Source: Rhizaria sp. SCN 62-66 | Lineage: Eukaryota | Direction: 5' to 3' | Assembly (NCBI GenBank): GCA_001724265.1 | Contig: MEDY01000211.1 | Coordinates: 1-52,070 of the forward strand | Length of the DNA: 52,070 nucleotides | In this document: in pieces, positions 15,001 to 21,838 of the stretch | How positions within the stretch are numbered: position 1 is the first letter of the stretch | Layout of the letters: each line of letters begins with the position of its first letter | Position numbers and translations under genes: made by a program | Notes under the pieces: generated by a model | Database searches by the model: none | What the model saw: only the letters and a program-made list of their open reading frames with translations | Told to the model about the DNA's origin: nothing

Positions 15001-17188
15001 AGCTGCGCAAGCTACACGGCAGTGTCGCCGATTGTGCCCGTGCCAGTGGGCGCTGTACCGTGCACACCTCACTGCTGTGGCTTCAGCTCGTTCGTCCTGT
15101 CCTTGCCATGGCGCTGCCTCTGCGAACGATTCGACGGACGCATTTTGCACAGGAGCGCAGCTTGCTGCCAGTGTCATTGAAATGGCGCGCTCTGACATTG
15201 CTGCGCGGGTACGGCCGATGCCACGACTGGGCCGATCAGGCTCTGTGGTCTCGAGCTCTGGTGGAGACAGCCAACCAGACAACCAGCCCAGCTCCGGACC
15301 TGCAACAGGGCTTAGTGCGGTTGCTGGTGCGCCCTTGGCCTCCCCTAGAGCGATGCCCTTCTCGTTGCCATCACTCCCGCTTCCGCTCAGCGTTGCTGAG
15401 GAGAACGACGATGACGTTGGTGAGATATTTGTGACCCCATCTGTTCCTGCAGTAGTCACTGCTCCAGTGCAACAGGTCTGCTCGTGCACGCAGCAGCAGA
15501 CGCTTGCTGCCGTGCTCCGCTCGGCTGGCGTGCCTCGTCACTACATTACCGTTGCTGTTCCCATCCCTGACGGCGCATCCGGGTCCGTCTCGAACGCATC
15601 TAGGGGTGGCGTGTTTGCCGCATCCGGTGCATTTGATGACGATGCGCTGCGCGATGACGAGAGCGATGACGACGACCGCTCTCCGGTGGCCCCACCTTCT
15701 TCAAGGGCGTTGCACGTTGCTGTGCATGGCACGTGCGACCGCGATGCCATCTTTGCCCATTGCGCCACCATCTCTCTCTCCACGGTAGCACCGCCCTGCC
15801 AGCGCCTTGAGGCTTACGCCGCCGCAATCGCTGCCCGCCCCGCTGCCGCCGGTGGTGCCACTTATGCCGCTAGCTCCTACACAAGTCCTGCCGACATCTG
15901 TGCCCACTTTAGCCCAACTAAAACTGCTGCGGTAACTGTTAAGGGCGGCGAAAGTGACGTTGACTCGCTTGCCCGGGCGCTCCGCTTGCTCGACGCCAAC
16001 GATCCCTTGGCGGCCGCAGACGGCAGTTCAACGCAGTTTATTCTCCCAACGCCGTTGGTGTCCGTCGCACCTGCGGAGGAGGGCGACGACCCTGCGTTGG
16101 ACGGTTACAAGCCCTACCGCTCCGGCGACTGGCTGCGCGCCTCTACGCTACGCGGTGGCCACGCCGCCCGTCCCCCCGCGGGCACCGACATTACGCTGGC
16201 TACCGACGCACCGTTGCGCATGGCTTGGGTGCTCCCACATCCATTCGCTCAGTCGTCTGGCCACGTCGATGGTCCTATAGTGACTTTGGCGGCCACAACA
16301 GAGGCATTTACCGCGGCCGTCGCGGAGTCGGCTGCAATTGCAGCGGGCGTTGCAGCGCCTGTACAGGCAAGTGCGGCCGCCGCTCTGCCCCCCGTCTCCG
16401 CCGCCGCTGTTGCCGCAGCTGCTGCGAGCGCGTTTGCGCGCGCGTGTGCTTCCGAGGGCGGAGCTGCGACTTCCGACGGCGACGCCTGCGTCCGCGTCGA
16501 GGCAGTCATTCGTGCCGCGCGGGCGTGCGGCGCGCTGCGTTCGCTGACGCAAGCGGCCCCGCTGAACCCCGCCGCGCTGTGGGGCCCGCGGGCTGCCGTA
16601 GCGGCTGGCTCTCGGCCTGCCACGCGCGCCGCCCCGCTGCGACGCGCTGCCACCGTGCCGCCGCCTGTCGCCGACGACGTGGTGCCCGTGTGCGAGCTCT
16701 CACTGCTGGGCTACGGCGCGTCTGCGGCGGCAGCAGCTGCGCGGTCTGCGGCAGGCAACACCCATGCGGCTGCACACGCGGCTGCGTGCGAGTGCGGCTC
16801 GCACTGCGCAAGCTTCGGGTTCCGCAGCACTGCGGCGCGCCCCGCACAGCCCTCCATCCAGCCTGCCGCGCTCACAGTGTCTCCCGCTGCGGACCGCTCG
16901 GCGACCCCCGATACGGGTCTACTCTGCCAGCGCACGGCTGCCGGTGCCGCGTCAGATGCCGCCGCGCTAGTTGCGGCGCGCGCGTGGATGCTGGCCTCGA
17001 GCGTCGCAGCCGCCGCGGCCGCCGCGAACACCGCGGCCGGGGCGCCAGGTAATGCCAGACTTGTCGCAGGTTTGCCCACTCCCGCCGCAGGTGCCGTCGC
17101 TGCTCTTGACGCAGCAAGTGCCTCCACTGAGTCGTCGGGTTCGCGCAGGCGCCTCCGGTTTGTGGAAATCAAGGAGGAGAGCTTTTGA
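2..17188 (+). CDS. Giant Ala-rich protein, 5'-partial (>=5,728 aa), with dispersed TSNAXIP1-like (translin-associated factor X-interacting protein 1) motifs
   Basis: The frame of the 227..17188 ORF is open back to base 2 and ends TTT TGA TGA. Short blocks resemble TSNAXIP1 as I recall it and occur in the same order: EHATLDCELALATQERD...LTPR (~3902-4021), FMGLG (~11993), LRTVFPLKPPAHIEELL (~12480-12530), PFMSLLRAQ (~14390), LRLLD (~15980). Coding status is firm; the family call is tentative. Confidence 0.75.
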   Translation, partial: RADAAQLAAPWRPPRGFEARNAVDSTDADAAALEEALAAPPAARLSHGARAATAAAQELAVSAGGSGSAALEEADMSGLAQGVRALQRRGSAELAPPSPRRGSVADAADGANAAAGDAGVLSATAQSTTLPSARDFLAALAANAAAGAAVLERSARGMPLGAHREHPFAAAADPAGGGGVLARATAPRAVRLPVRPLPYGFVTAGDRAVAAQVAALRTAAVAAAADVIDTVTTAAAANAGSTATETEPAALMPPRLALSRAEAPAAAALRAAIGGNHGLTGAAPALGTLRQREQRLLMSGAAAALQVLFPATPDTPDLSLPTVQLLLLQKDGATAESSAGAVGDAAPHNGGAADAADESDGDVEQEADPEAEAADAAVRGQSLAAYMDQPGSDEEALRLPPGATVSTPFPMPPPRAAAAGSPALTPLTEATATGGIAVPVQAPARVRGVGAPVPALPRLAMPEPSQSTALVPGALLPPLALSDSARGSARGTARATSRTTLLDRAPVEKPAFEASVAMSALAASKVRPNKASFYPSTLLTVPADPLVAAQSAATSARVRTTAAAAARAAAAAKQRSGAVAIDPRAVAAAFAASAEAEALALRAAVAALPAGDHHRAVPTATFATGALVPFAADGPSSARAGTRNDIAAAAEAALVSSGSISHSAGAGVGITTNRVSSAVEAEMGDYRSPMVFVQAKLAELLGEARAPWANGTNSSWQPRAMPANAGDDRAFLTQLTDDAERKRLIFGDTPLGSATAAAAVAAGGLTEPAAELDDDGALLSTLHSTAARAHALVDLLEIGLRARLGLRATAATAVLADPNVAAPTAAASLFPDKIADPYELPAHTTARASTSAAALAGSGSAGAVTAAVSIDPRYTVVPAATLAAAALSSAAATGARLEPESGLVDAGTVLTDGAGDVWRDAAGDPCHGDLLLRVSGLAEAGAADDDTPADAAAVAAADAGLVELCTDPALLDAAVCAIFSELREAVFSREHLEVTGVADSVADDARSVSSAANAAAARVAAVTASAEVALAQQLRAAAANDAANARDAAAMRADVLASAAREAQWQAPELPGVFHTEDAFAATNAAKRQGFAATSTALVDLDAPNPAPVQAPAPPAAPSRVRLLPVPHFAVAHRLAAALRGLERESATAAAEVARLEEAEHTQEQELQWRSAWRAKKDLQLQLYRRGEAGLLEELALIARIDADTRQEVAQLAQDNLQLLQGYTRPGLVLGGAAEREWRLRLVDGHMYPPSSSSDSEGGDDEGDEADAKTSASQRPARHLSSTIGHTLYDVYRRLLRQRTEHATLDCELALATQERDALLLRFEALSTLTAQTLVHLTPRAIVPAALPVLPASVARTLESNATPGSAPAHSAGASGWSSQSPFSQTPSLSVANPAANNAQNKTITTAALEWADAQAARWDRWMRRAFPSLLPTAGEEALELPRYYALMRRRMLRQAHADAARRTRAQVLTQQLASQQRTAEAAGSLSAASSFGARSGVMTRNTSATAISLAHAHGHASAADAQERKDATAAEIDAAYAGVDEPESAVGGAFDRALWRWLALRAGAADWGLIGLAALDGTATITGAERPLESVLAAAARNHARHTRAAAAVWALNNSGYAPFSPRASDPFDGYTSDSGSDCDAPMPVLIPDLHADSSRDDDTAAAAAAAAKAAAAEPAAATPVRRAAAHELPLSTLLQHERRMQAAPASDASNALRLPGEEEGEAAPMRLPPPIAMHRRTSLSHLATAAAAAAAATAAAAAAAAAGSSPHAGSAASAGAAFGGRNSSSSGSFFGNPPALAQGLGRRNSVSLALAADAAAAAAAAAAAAAASPSSQAPPVEPRRERAAPRALRARAPRSRRAAASRRGQQIAGRRRSVASSSESGSSSGDQDDDDDDEVIDAAEAAVLASEGAEHAALAAQLLRPGLTRPRPPTGSTVPTLGALAGANRSGTMPPLPSAGGRSVRLRPRGAAAPETVAAALVAQPAGLSTPGRRSLSAASGGTPAQSQPPTPSGSTTPRVPGALQAFTKRPSLFASAEALALAQTALLAGSTARPSVFGALARTAAPGAAVTVNPGTWHSPALAVAVRNLTKRAIRRLREATPWHQAMLLTSATEAAAAASTVANTGGTVVLTTAAGKIAADTAATAAADAAVVRALDNEVAAAAAGAADAASVALGRSRHRDATSVFIENEDSTRVHGAQAVEASTIAVTTALQAWDDAAAAAAASVTVTDAEPPASFLPALSHSAAVETSSQAHSRPPTRPGTAAGAGVPSSSQLDAAEQALAAQALIAVIRQPGLLNAPLSASPFAVMPNTPKPAGDGGFPLLLSPRASMTSPLAPLLQLAASAAAAPTAATAEQTTARASFFTQMAQVAPTEQRSTESRAAAVIPRSLLPLLPPQMVLLMRAVPTLPLAAALAKLVSPAPLPAASVTAASSGAAAAAALSAASTAGGIGYGTPGQQRRSMVQRPSMVRSSTVGLAPTPVPMTPAVSLQPPTPMTTTAPALAAPTLTSVASNSAVLSVTVSQLPRLPTSLPPAVTLLVSAARLTLLRAASVLVTRSTGGKGRAAAAARAKAALQAVSVNVDAAAANATHGKDASLSPSPRRSSLADLRSPNAPLTPTSGATPAAGSHPTQSPAAVGSSSASARGPMLPPLVAAAVTAAMASALGLPLPSIEVRSSMRPTVSALETAVAALDAAAAAAAPAESTLQTATAQGSVALSTSKSASQRAAQRASAGPAAALAVVATAVRALLPQAAPANTAISSGVNSGFSTTPSSVPAFGWGSAAPTPLASSTAASSDSSSVGPLSPRHRRNASNDSAATPASAMHSPAAAGGLALVAGSVGVAAALAAALGVRLGGHSRRPSQSGIVGPLSPSRGRSKSPSAAAAAAAAAGGLTTPGVDRSRTVKSPRAPPTGAAPTPSAGRTAFTFDLPETGAPPLARASSVADSVSSPRSRRGGVHGGATPLAISSPRSGATTSTRAAHGHARRGSAAGATASAASAANRFAALETLLTRQVNLLRYLRRARAAVVLPPPPPPVYLSLPLLLDAAPQLAPLWAVTLTLVHANTNSPTRGSGLVLAARALGLPAGSTALAHMSALTAVAGPLWRVLLSEPLASLPTPARAIVTALLARSNTVSARARAAAAAAAATAALQALETARTVSVLLTAEIALGEAWLSTNPMLAAAVTATETTKTNLFVETGPDSDTDADTDSDSDDGGTAKRAAGLSRRTPTKVSRSAMVDAEISACVNGFSVTSAALYASADALATALSPATADDRQNATLPIHPLVARALSLSTPYRALHSARRRAAAAAVRRAARARAAAEAAATAAALAAAARKAAHKARAKARAAEKHRLRTGGARSSSTATAAVIDAVTEVPVVVPAEEPVPTLPAPLPGSIAAADAATAAAASATEFSVRCARRRRAAVTALTALNTAAQAHATWWMSVAAAAGAPVSVSWNQHSRSDDPELVLQRVSASDADPACGGESNIDITPDAVGATNSDDLNRTGSPRPPRRAAPRRPPTGPSTAALSPATLARALPSVPNRPAPRRAAPRLAPGATSGTATLATTLVVGSIFAVQRTPSPVPVREIPALFPTAVFNSVASAVAFEERRARHRDALWARMSVTSRSLKSVMSQLHRLKCTVHATSNGHSGSSSATQMNPDAMALLPFLSSDKFTSATLPAPKGSLPLSPPPLPLSAALVAAAEFSAVAAAADLQAQRRALATPLPTAATASGAALAAAATTAATAGAGLQTLLSPPLLHELFAAYVISKAEAVAIGACGSLRDAADIGLGTAALSHHPTEHGVWTVASKKVSDGVAVSEAKPDLDGQDALESAFRELAMIAKNSSNPAVAAAATAASAAPELPTVPTLTSMLLQAPRFVQADSSADSSALPVPAVAALIATSLMRAFAQHAVAEPSLALMLASLQDSIALAAAPCVAPIASVSASGSGIAAKKASSSTAPTTHVHSSSKKSAAASGSVADSIAVSCVMPPRRAVRHKFMGLGTASGVSAATGAPAVLCDDASVFDADDDNDAAAAVGSTPWPLSHLAAATEDASALDSAMRTWAAVASAQLEWALTTGAAATSSAFASAMDSAEGVPDVTPVCALTAALQASKRHRLSSARGRVAPPVPSFTPGLGDAGGDGGDGQLPQVLPLPLLRVLLRTVFPLKPPAHIEELLTVAVRDGGFVLRCDGPPPLAPDGTPLLAAQRRGRGPLGRNSKRNNETAVAGPVTAAVALAIASTAERTLVTLTANKAAQEANAGVSASSALLAVPPHLCDAAASTILAAGPAESVNNGPQQGGQQIQPPQAPSLMASLLDHRSGLTRDTWHRLLLQLSPANVTQSGLSSAAALALECTPGAHGLLTTLTKLLACPRVSPDSEARDNAPSASSRAPTIAALHEAVLSALGGDPADRAVAVGRHWASSTRGAARLAAAASLRNPLSAPHSSLAAVAPSVAPPAPVMLGRDIVQAGSSRTADATRPVTRAGAAAPGDDSASDSEALAGDNGVPASDSTDGMDWSWFDAPNLGPELQTAAQRVDAAVHVTYTAEGTAEAAVPAVHAAARTDWELDETLLAAAEAAVAKCTTRRALRALITAATERARSSVTSAVASALTAKSFELTQSFVYVGSVTTPNTSAITPNISTKAPAAPGAARKSRSSNLLQRLLVGGEGSLAPSEARAAFESAAADDEEQARVRVEAETAGLKPVSNTDASTGFTNGNTQKPNNNPVALARTVSNAATAARIFTPTGTLGSPVAAPVASIVCRQPSVLDRASSLLTVVSIPALLATPAASGAALTPTPFMSLLRAQALTESSDAVACTLRRSLHMSATALPHSRAVRARATTRAAARALATLARAAAAQRLAALPAASQMASLNDTAAAAAAVAQPSPVAGGETEAGSAASAPLQAPIVTAPVTVARASSRASVSSTPALAPRTMGSVPELTLAVPAAGPVASVVSSATACVAVSAAVGALGAAAGLADATLVLDALATGAPLPPAVTDCAAAQATRQCRRLCPCQWALYRAHLTAVASARSSCPCHGAASANDSTDAFCTGAQLAASVIEMARSDIAARVRPMPRLGRSGSVVSSSGGDSQPDNQPSSGPATGLSAVAGAPLASPRAMPFSLPSLPLPLSVAEENDDDVGEIFVTPSVPAVVTAPVQQVCSCTQQQTLAAVLRSAGVPRHYITVAVPIPDGASGSVSNASRGGVFAASGAFDDDALRDDESDDDDRSPVAPPSSRALHVAVHGTCDRDAIFAHCATISLSTVAPPCQRLEAYAAAIAARPAAAGGATYAASSYTSPADICAHFSPTKTAAVTVKGGESDVDSLARALRLLDANDPLAAADGSSTQFILPTPLVSVAPAEEGDDPALDGYKPYRSGDWLRASTLRGGHAARPPAGTDITLATDAPLRMAWVLPHPFAQSSGHVDGPIVTLAATTEAFTAAVAESAAIAAGVAAPVQASAAAALPPVSAAAVAAAAASAFARACASEGGAATSDGDACVRVEAVIRAARACGALRSLTQAAPLNPAALWGPRAAVAAGSRPATRAAPLRRAATVPPPVADDVVPVCELSLLGYGASAAAAAARSAAGNTHAAAHAAACECGSHCASFGFRSTAARPAQPSIQPAALTVSPAADRSATPDTGLLCQRTAAGAASDAAALVAARAWMLASSVAAAAAAANTAAGAPGNARLVAGLPTPAAGAVAALDAASASTESSGSRRRLRFVEIKEESF

Positions 17189-17454
17189 TGACGATCAACA
17201 CATTATTGTACGCAGCTGTTTTACCTACTACAGTGCGACCCTGTTTATCTATTCGTTACTTATCAACATTTTAAATAGTTAACTGCTTATTAATACACAT
17301 TTTAACATTTCATATCACGTGTTCTGTTGGGAAAATTTCCAATCTATTGTATTTCATATGGCCTGCATAAGTAGTTTGATCTTGGCCATCACTCATAAGA
17401 AGCTTTGTAACGTGTTTGCGTCCGCAACAATCAGACTGCTTAGTGTGCAAGTGC

Positions 17455-18215
17455 TCACTCGGCTTTGACGGCAGGCGCACGAGGCGTCTTGGGCTTGGCC
17501 TCGACCTGCGGCTTATTGCCCGAGAGCAGGTTCGAGATGGACATTTGCGACTGCATGCGGCGCATTTCAGCCTTCTCCTCGGGCGTCATGTTGCCCATGA
17601 GGCGCGGCATGAGCAGAGCCATGCCGCCCATCAGCACCATCATCAGCACCATCGGCTGCTTCAGCCACGCCAGCACGTCAATCGACTCGCGTGGCACGAA
17701 GTACGTCTCTGGCGCCGCGGGCCGCAGCTGGAGCGGGTACGCGGCGGGGGTGCGCACAGGCGTGGGGTCCGTCGCCGACAGCGCGTGCTGGCGGAACGCG
17801 GTCACCGCGCCCTTCTCGGAGACAATTATACTCGTCTAAGTGAAGTTGTGAGGCAAGATGAGAGAAGACGGCGATGGTTATGAGTGACACGTTCATGCTA
17901 TCCGGGCTTGCTAATCGTGCGGAGGTCATGGTGAAATGTTGATTGACGTACGGGTTCAAACTGAAAGCCTGTGGCGGAGACATCGACCGTGTACTGGCCG
18001 GGGGCAACGTCGGTGAAACTAAATCCGCCATCCTTGCGAATGAAGGCAGAGCGGCGGCCAGCGTCAAGGATGACCATCGCATCGAGGGGGGCAGCAGCAG
18101 GCGCCTTAAGTGCAGGGTTCATGTAGACGAACTTCACAGACCCGTCAATGGAGGCCGCAGAAGCAACCATAGCCATCGCACAAATAGCTACAGCAAGGAT
18201 AGTGCAACAATTCAT
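17455..18215 (-). CDS. EMC7: ER membrane protein complex subunit 7, 2 exons (18215-17952, 17835-17455), 214 aa
   Basis: Signal-peptide-like N-terminus (MNCCTILAVAICAMAMVASA). Beta-sandwich motif AFIRKDGGFSFTDVAPGQYTVDV. Then YFVPRESIDVLAWLKQPMVLMMV (TM) and MPRLMGNMTPEEKAEM, typical of EMC7/DUF2012. A phase-0 intron joins two ORF-track fragments in frame. Confidence 0.9.
17836..17951 (-). other. Spliceosomal intron in EMC7 (116 nt)
   Basis: CCC|GTACGT...TTCACTTAG|ACG; removal restores the frame. Confidence 0.88.
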
Positions 18216-18762
18216 CGAGAGAACCGGTAAAAGTGTTCTTGACGACTCAATCACCTCACACACAATCTGTGAATGAACAGCGATTCGGATCGGGGCTTTG
18301 ATTTTTTACGAACCTTGGGAATGGGGCGAAGAGACACCAAGCGAGGGATGAAACCACATGCTATTTTGCTTCTCCGGGTGATAAGTGTATCCATCACATA
18401 TGTTTTCTTAGGGTGCACACATTATTAACGCCCTACGACTCATCTTTTGGAACATTAAATTTTGTAGCCGAACACGTTCTTAGACTTGAAACCGATGTCT
18501 CGTAACCAACTGTAATGTCGGCCATTGCTCAGCAACTTTAAAAGCAGCGTCCCTCTCGGAGGCGCAAGACTTGTTGGACTCATATTGCATTGTTTGCTAT
18601 CTAATCTTATACGTTACTTCCTTTTGTGTTGTTGCAATTCAATTCTGTCTTCATTAGCGTCAACAGCAGGGAACTTTCCTGACAGCCCTCCCTAACCGTT
18701 GGTGAACCCCTCCGCTTCTGTCGTCGACCGCTCAGGTTCTCTGAGAGCGCCTCTAACCCGCG

Positions 18763-19096
18763 ATGCAGCCCATGGCGATGCAGCCGGCGCCCCGCGTGCC
18801 CTCGCGCCCGTCCTCGACGCGTCACAGCCGTCCGCCGGCTTCTGAGCACCAGTACCAGCACGCTCCCGTCCAGTCCCCGCAGCACCAGCCGCAACAACAG
18901 CAGGGCTTGCCCGCCCACTACCTCACACCCGCGCCGTCGTCGCGCATGACCACTGCCGTGAACTCGGCCGCGGCGCGCGCGCTGCAGAACACGGTTCCCA
19001 GCAAAGGCTTCGCGGCCCATGCGATGGGCTACGATGCGCCGCAGCAGATGCACTCACCGCCTTCGCAGCAACAGCAGCAGCAGGCGCAGCACCATT

Positions 19097-19140
<44 letters not shown>

Positions 19141-21078
19141 CAACAACAACAACAACAGCAAGCTGGACTGCCTGCCGGAATGTCGGCGCTGCAGCTAAAC
19201 CGTGTGCGCTCGCAGACGCCGCACTTTGACGCCTCCCCGCGCAAGGGTTTTCCCCCGCAGCAGCAGCAGCAGCAGCAGCAGCTGTCGCAGCAGCAGCTGC
19301 AGCAGCTGCAGCAGCAGACCCACGCGCAGCGCCAACAGCACCAGCAACAGACGCAGCAGCAAGACTACGCGTTCGCGCCCCACGGCGTGCGCGGCCGCGG
19401 CGGACACATGTCGCAGCCCAGCACGCCCGCGCACCGCTCCGCGCACAACTCCTTCGGCCCCAGTGCCAGCTCCGGCGCCGGCCCCGCGCCCGCTGCGTCG
19501 TCCACGCCCGCGCCCGCGCACGTGCCCGCGGCCGCTAGCCACCGCGCCGCCTCTCCGTCGCCCTACGCCGCGCAACAGCAACAGCAGCAGCAGCAGCCGC
19601 GTATGCAGGTGCAGATGCAGCAGCCCGTGGCTCAGTCGGGCCTCGCGGCGTCGCACCAGTCATCCGCCCTGGTTCCCGTGGCCTCGCCCGCGCCTACTAT
19701 GCAGACCCAGTCGAGCGGCGCGTTCGCGTCGAGCTCTGCCGTGGTCGCGGCTGCGACGAGCGGGCCGTTCCCGCTCTCCGCGTCGCTCGACGGCACGCTG
19801 GTCGAGTCCGTGCCCGTGGGCGCGGGCGCGGTCAAGTTGACGCCGCTGCAGGCTCTGTACAAGGACCGCTGCGACCTGCTGCGCTACCTGCACCACTACA
19901 AGGAGGACGTCGCGGCGCGCGAGAGCGACATGCGCGCTGCTTTCGTCCGCCTCGCGCAGGAGCTGGGCCGTGCCAAGCGCGACCTGGGCGCGCTGCAGCA
20001 GCGCGAGGCGATGCTGCGCGACCTGTGCAAGGGCATGCTGCTTGACAAGGGCGCGCACAAGGTGCACGCGCAGAGCGAGGAGGCATTCTGGTCCGCGCTA
20101 GGGCTGGGCGCCCCCGACGCCGCGGGCGCCAACGCGGGCGCCGTGACGGCGGGCACGACCTCGGGTGGCAAGGCCATCTCGCTGCTCATCGCGTCGCAGC
20201 CGGCCGACTCGTTTGCCTTCGACTCTGAGGCCGTGTCGGGCACCTATTGGGGCCAGCACATCGCCGCGCCCGTGCCCGCCAAGACGGTCGCCAACAACGC
20301 CGCAATGGGCACCTCGGCCGTCGCGGGCGCGGGCGCGGGCAACGCCGCGGCGTCGTCGGGCAACTATGTCTCCTTCGGCGAGTTCCAGAAGATGCGCGCG
20401 AAGCTCACTGCGCTGGACCGCGAGCGCCGCGAGAGCGCGGAGAAGATTGCGCAGCTGCAGAAGGAAAATGACCGCTTCCGCACCAAGCAGCGCGACCAGG
20501 CGCTGGCGCGCACCGACGCCAAGTGGGAAAAGCAGCGCGAGCACCTCATGGGCGCCGTCAAACGCATTCAGTGGCTCGTTGGCGAAACTAAGCGCCTTGA
20601 GAAGGGCCGCAAGGACGACGCGGCCTACATCCTGCGCCTCGAGCAGGCCATGCTCGCGATGCGCCAGCGGCTGCGCACGGTGACCGCGGGCGCTGCCGCG
20701 GGCCCCACGCCGCAGCAGCTGCAGCAGCAGACGCAGCGCCAGGCCGCGAGCGCCGCCGCCGCGCTGCAGGGCACCGGCATCTCGCTCCATGCCGCGGTGC
20801 CGCGCGTCTTCGGCGAGCCCGCGTCGGCGGCCGCCACGCTGCCCGCGGGCCTGACCTCTGCGCCCGGCACGCCGGTCCGCGGCCCCGGCGGCGCGGGCGC
20901 GGCCCCCACCCCGGGCTCTGGCTCGGCGGACCTGCAGGCCGCGGTGCGCCGCCTGCGGAGACTCGAGATGCACACTGCGCTCTACCAGTCCGCGAACGCA
21001 CCCCAACAGCCGCAGCAGCAGCCAGTGCAGCAGCAGCCACCGCAACAGTACGCGCATCAGGGTTATGCTCCGCAGCAG

Positions 21079-21109
<31 letters not shown>

Positions 21110-21699
21110 CGCAGCAGGCTGACTACGGCCACGGCGACTACGCCCCCGAGCACGCTGACGGCCAGTACGACGGCAGCCAGTACGGCAATGGCGAGTACGG
21201 CCACGAGCCCTCACAGCACCAGCAGCATCAGGGCCAGTCTGAGGCCGAGCCCCACCCGTCCCACGCCCCAGCCAATGCCTCCGGCGCCGCGCCCAGCGCG
21301 GGCTACGGCGGCGGCGGCGAGGAAGACATGCTGAGCGACGAGGCTTTGGCGGCACTGCTGGCCGAAGCCGACGGCGCGGCCGCCGCGGTCGCCGACGAGG
21401 ACGCCGACACGGATCAGTCGCAGTCGCAGGGCGCTACGCCCGCGCACCGCCGCGCGGGCTCCGTCTCCGGCGGCGGGGTCTCGTCCCTGCAGGGCGACCC
21501 GGCCGCCGCCGACGTCAGCGGCGTCGGCGGCGATGGCGACTGGGCGTCGTCGTCGATGATGCGCGACCTGCTGGCCGAGGCCGGTGTCGACGCGGATGAG
21601 CTCATGGGCTTTGCGCAGGCGCGCAAGAACGCTCCGGGCCCCGCGCCGCAGCCTGGTCAGCCACAACAGCACCAGCAGCAGGGAAGCCGTTTAAACTGA
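18763..21699 (+). CDS. PolyQ-rich coiled-coil protein, 978 aa (zero-frame product of a probable frameshifted gene)
   Basis: ATG start and strong GC3 bias. Two predicted coiled-coil blocks (LQALYKDRCDLL...; FGEFQKMRAKLTALDRERRES...) and polyQ tracts. Ends CGT TTA AAC TGA. Confidence 0.85.
19099..19161 (+). repeat. CAG/CAA trinucleotide repeat encoding Q21
   Basis: Read directly from the sequence. Confidence 0.95.
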
Positions 21700-21739
21700 T
21701 TTCCGCTGCCGGTGGGAGTGCGCACCCAGTGATGGCGGA
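21690..21739 (+). promoter_or_regulatory. Candidate -1 programmed ribosomal frameshift signal (T_TTA_AAC, 5-nt spacer, hairpin)
   Basis: X_XXY_YYZ heptamer at 21690-21696, in phase with the upstream ORF, with TGA at 21697. Stem 21702-21708 pairs with 21733-21739; inner TGGG/CCCA pair. The -1 frame runs to 23828. Confidence 0.65.
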
Positions 21740-21807
21740 CGGTAACGCCGCCCTGCCTTCCGCGCGCACCTGGGCGGGACTGCAGCAGACACAGCAACAT
21801 CAATACG

Positions 21808-21838
<31 letters not shown>

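Noticed and set aside
21697-21699. Selenocysteine UGA or simple readthrough at this stop
   Set aside because: The long downstream ORF is in the -1 frame, not the same frame, and I found no SECIS or redox motif.
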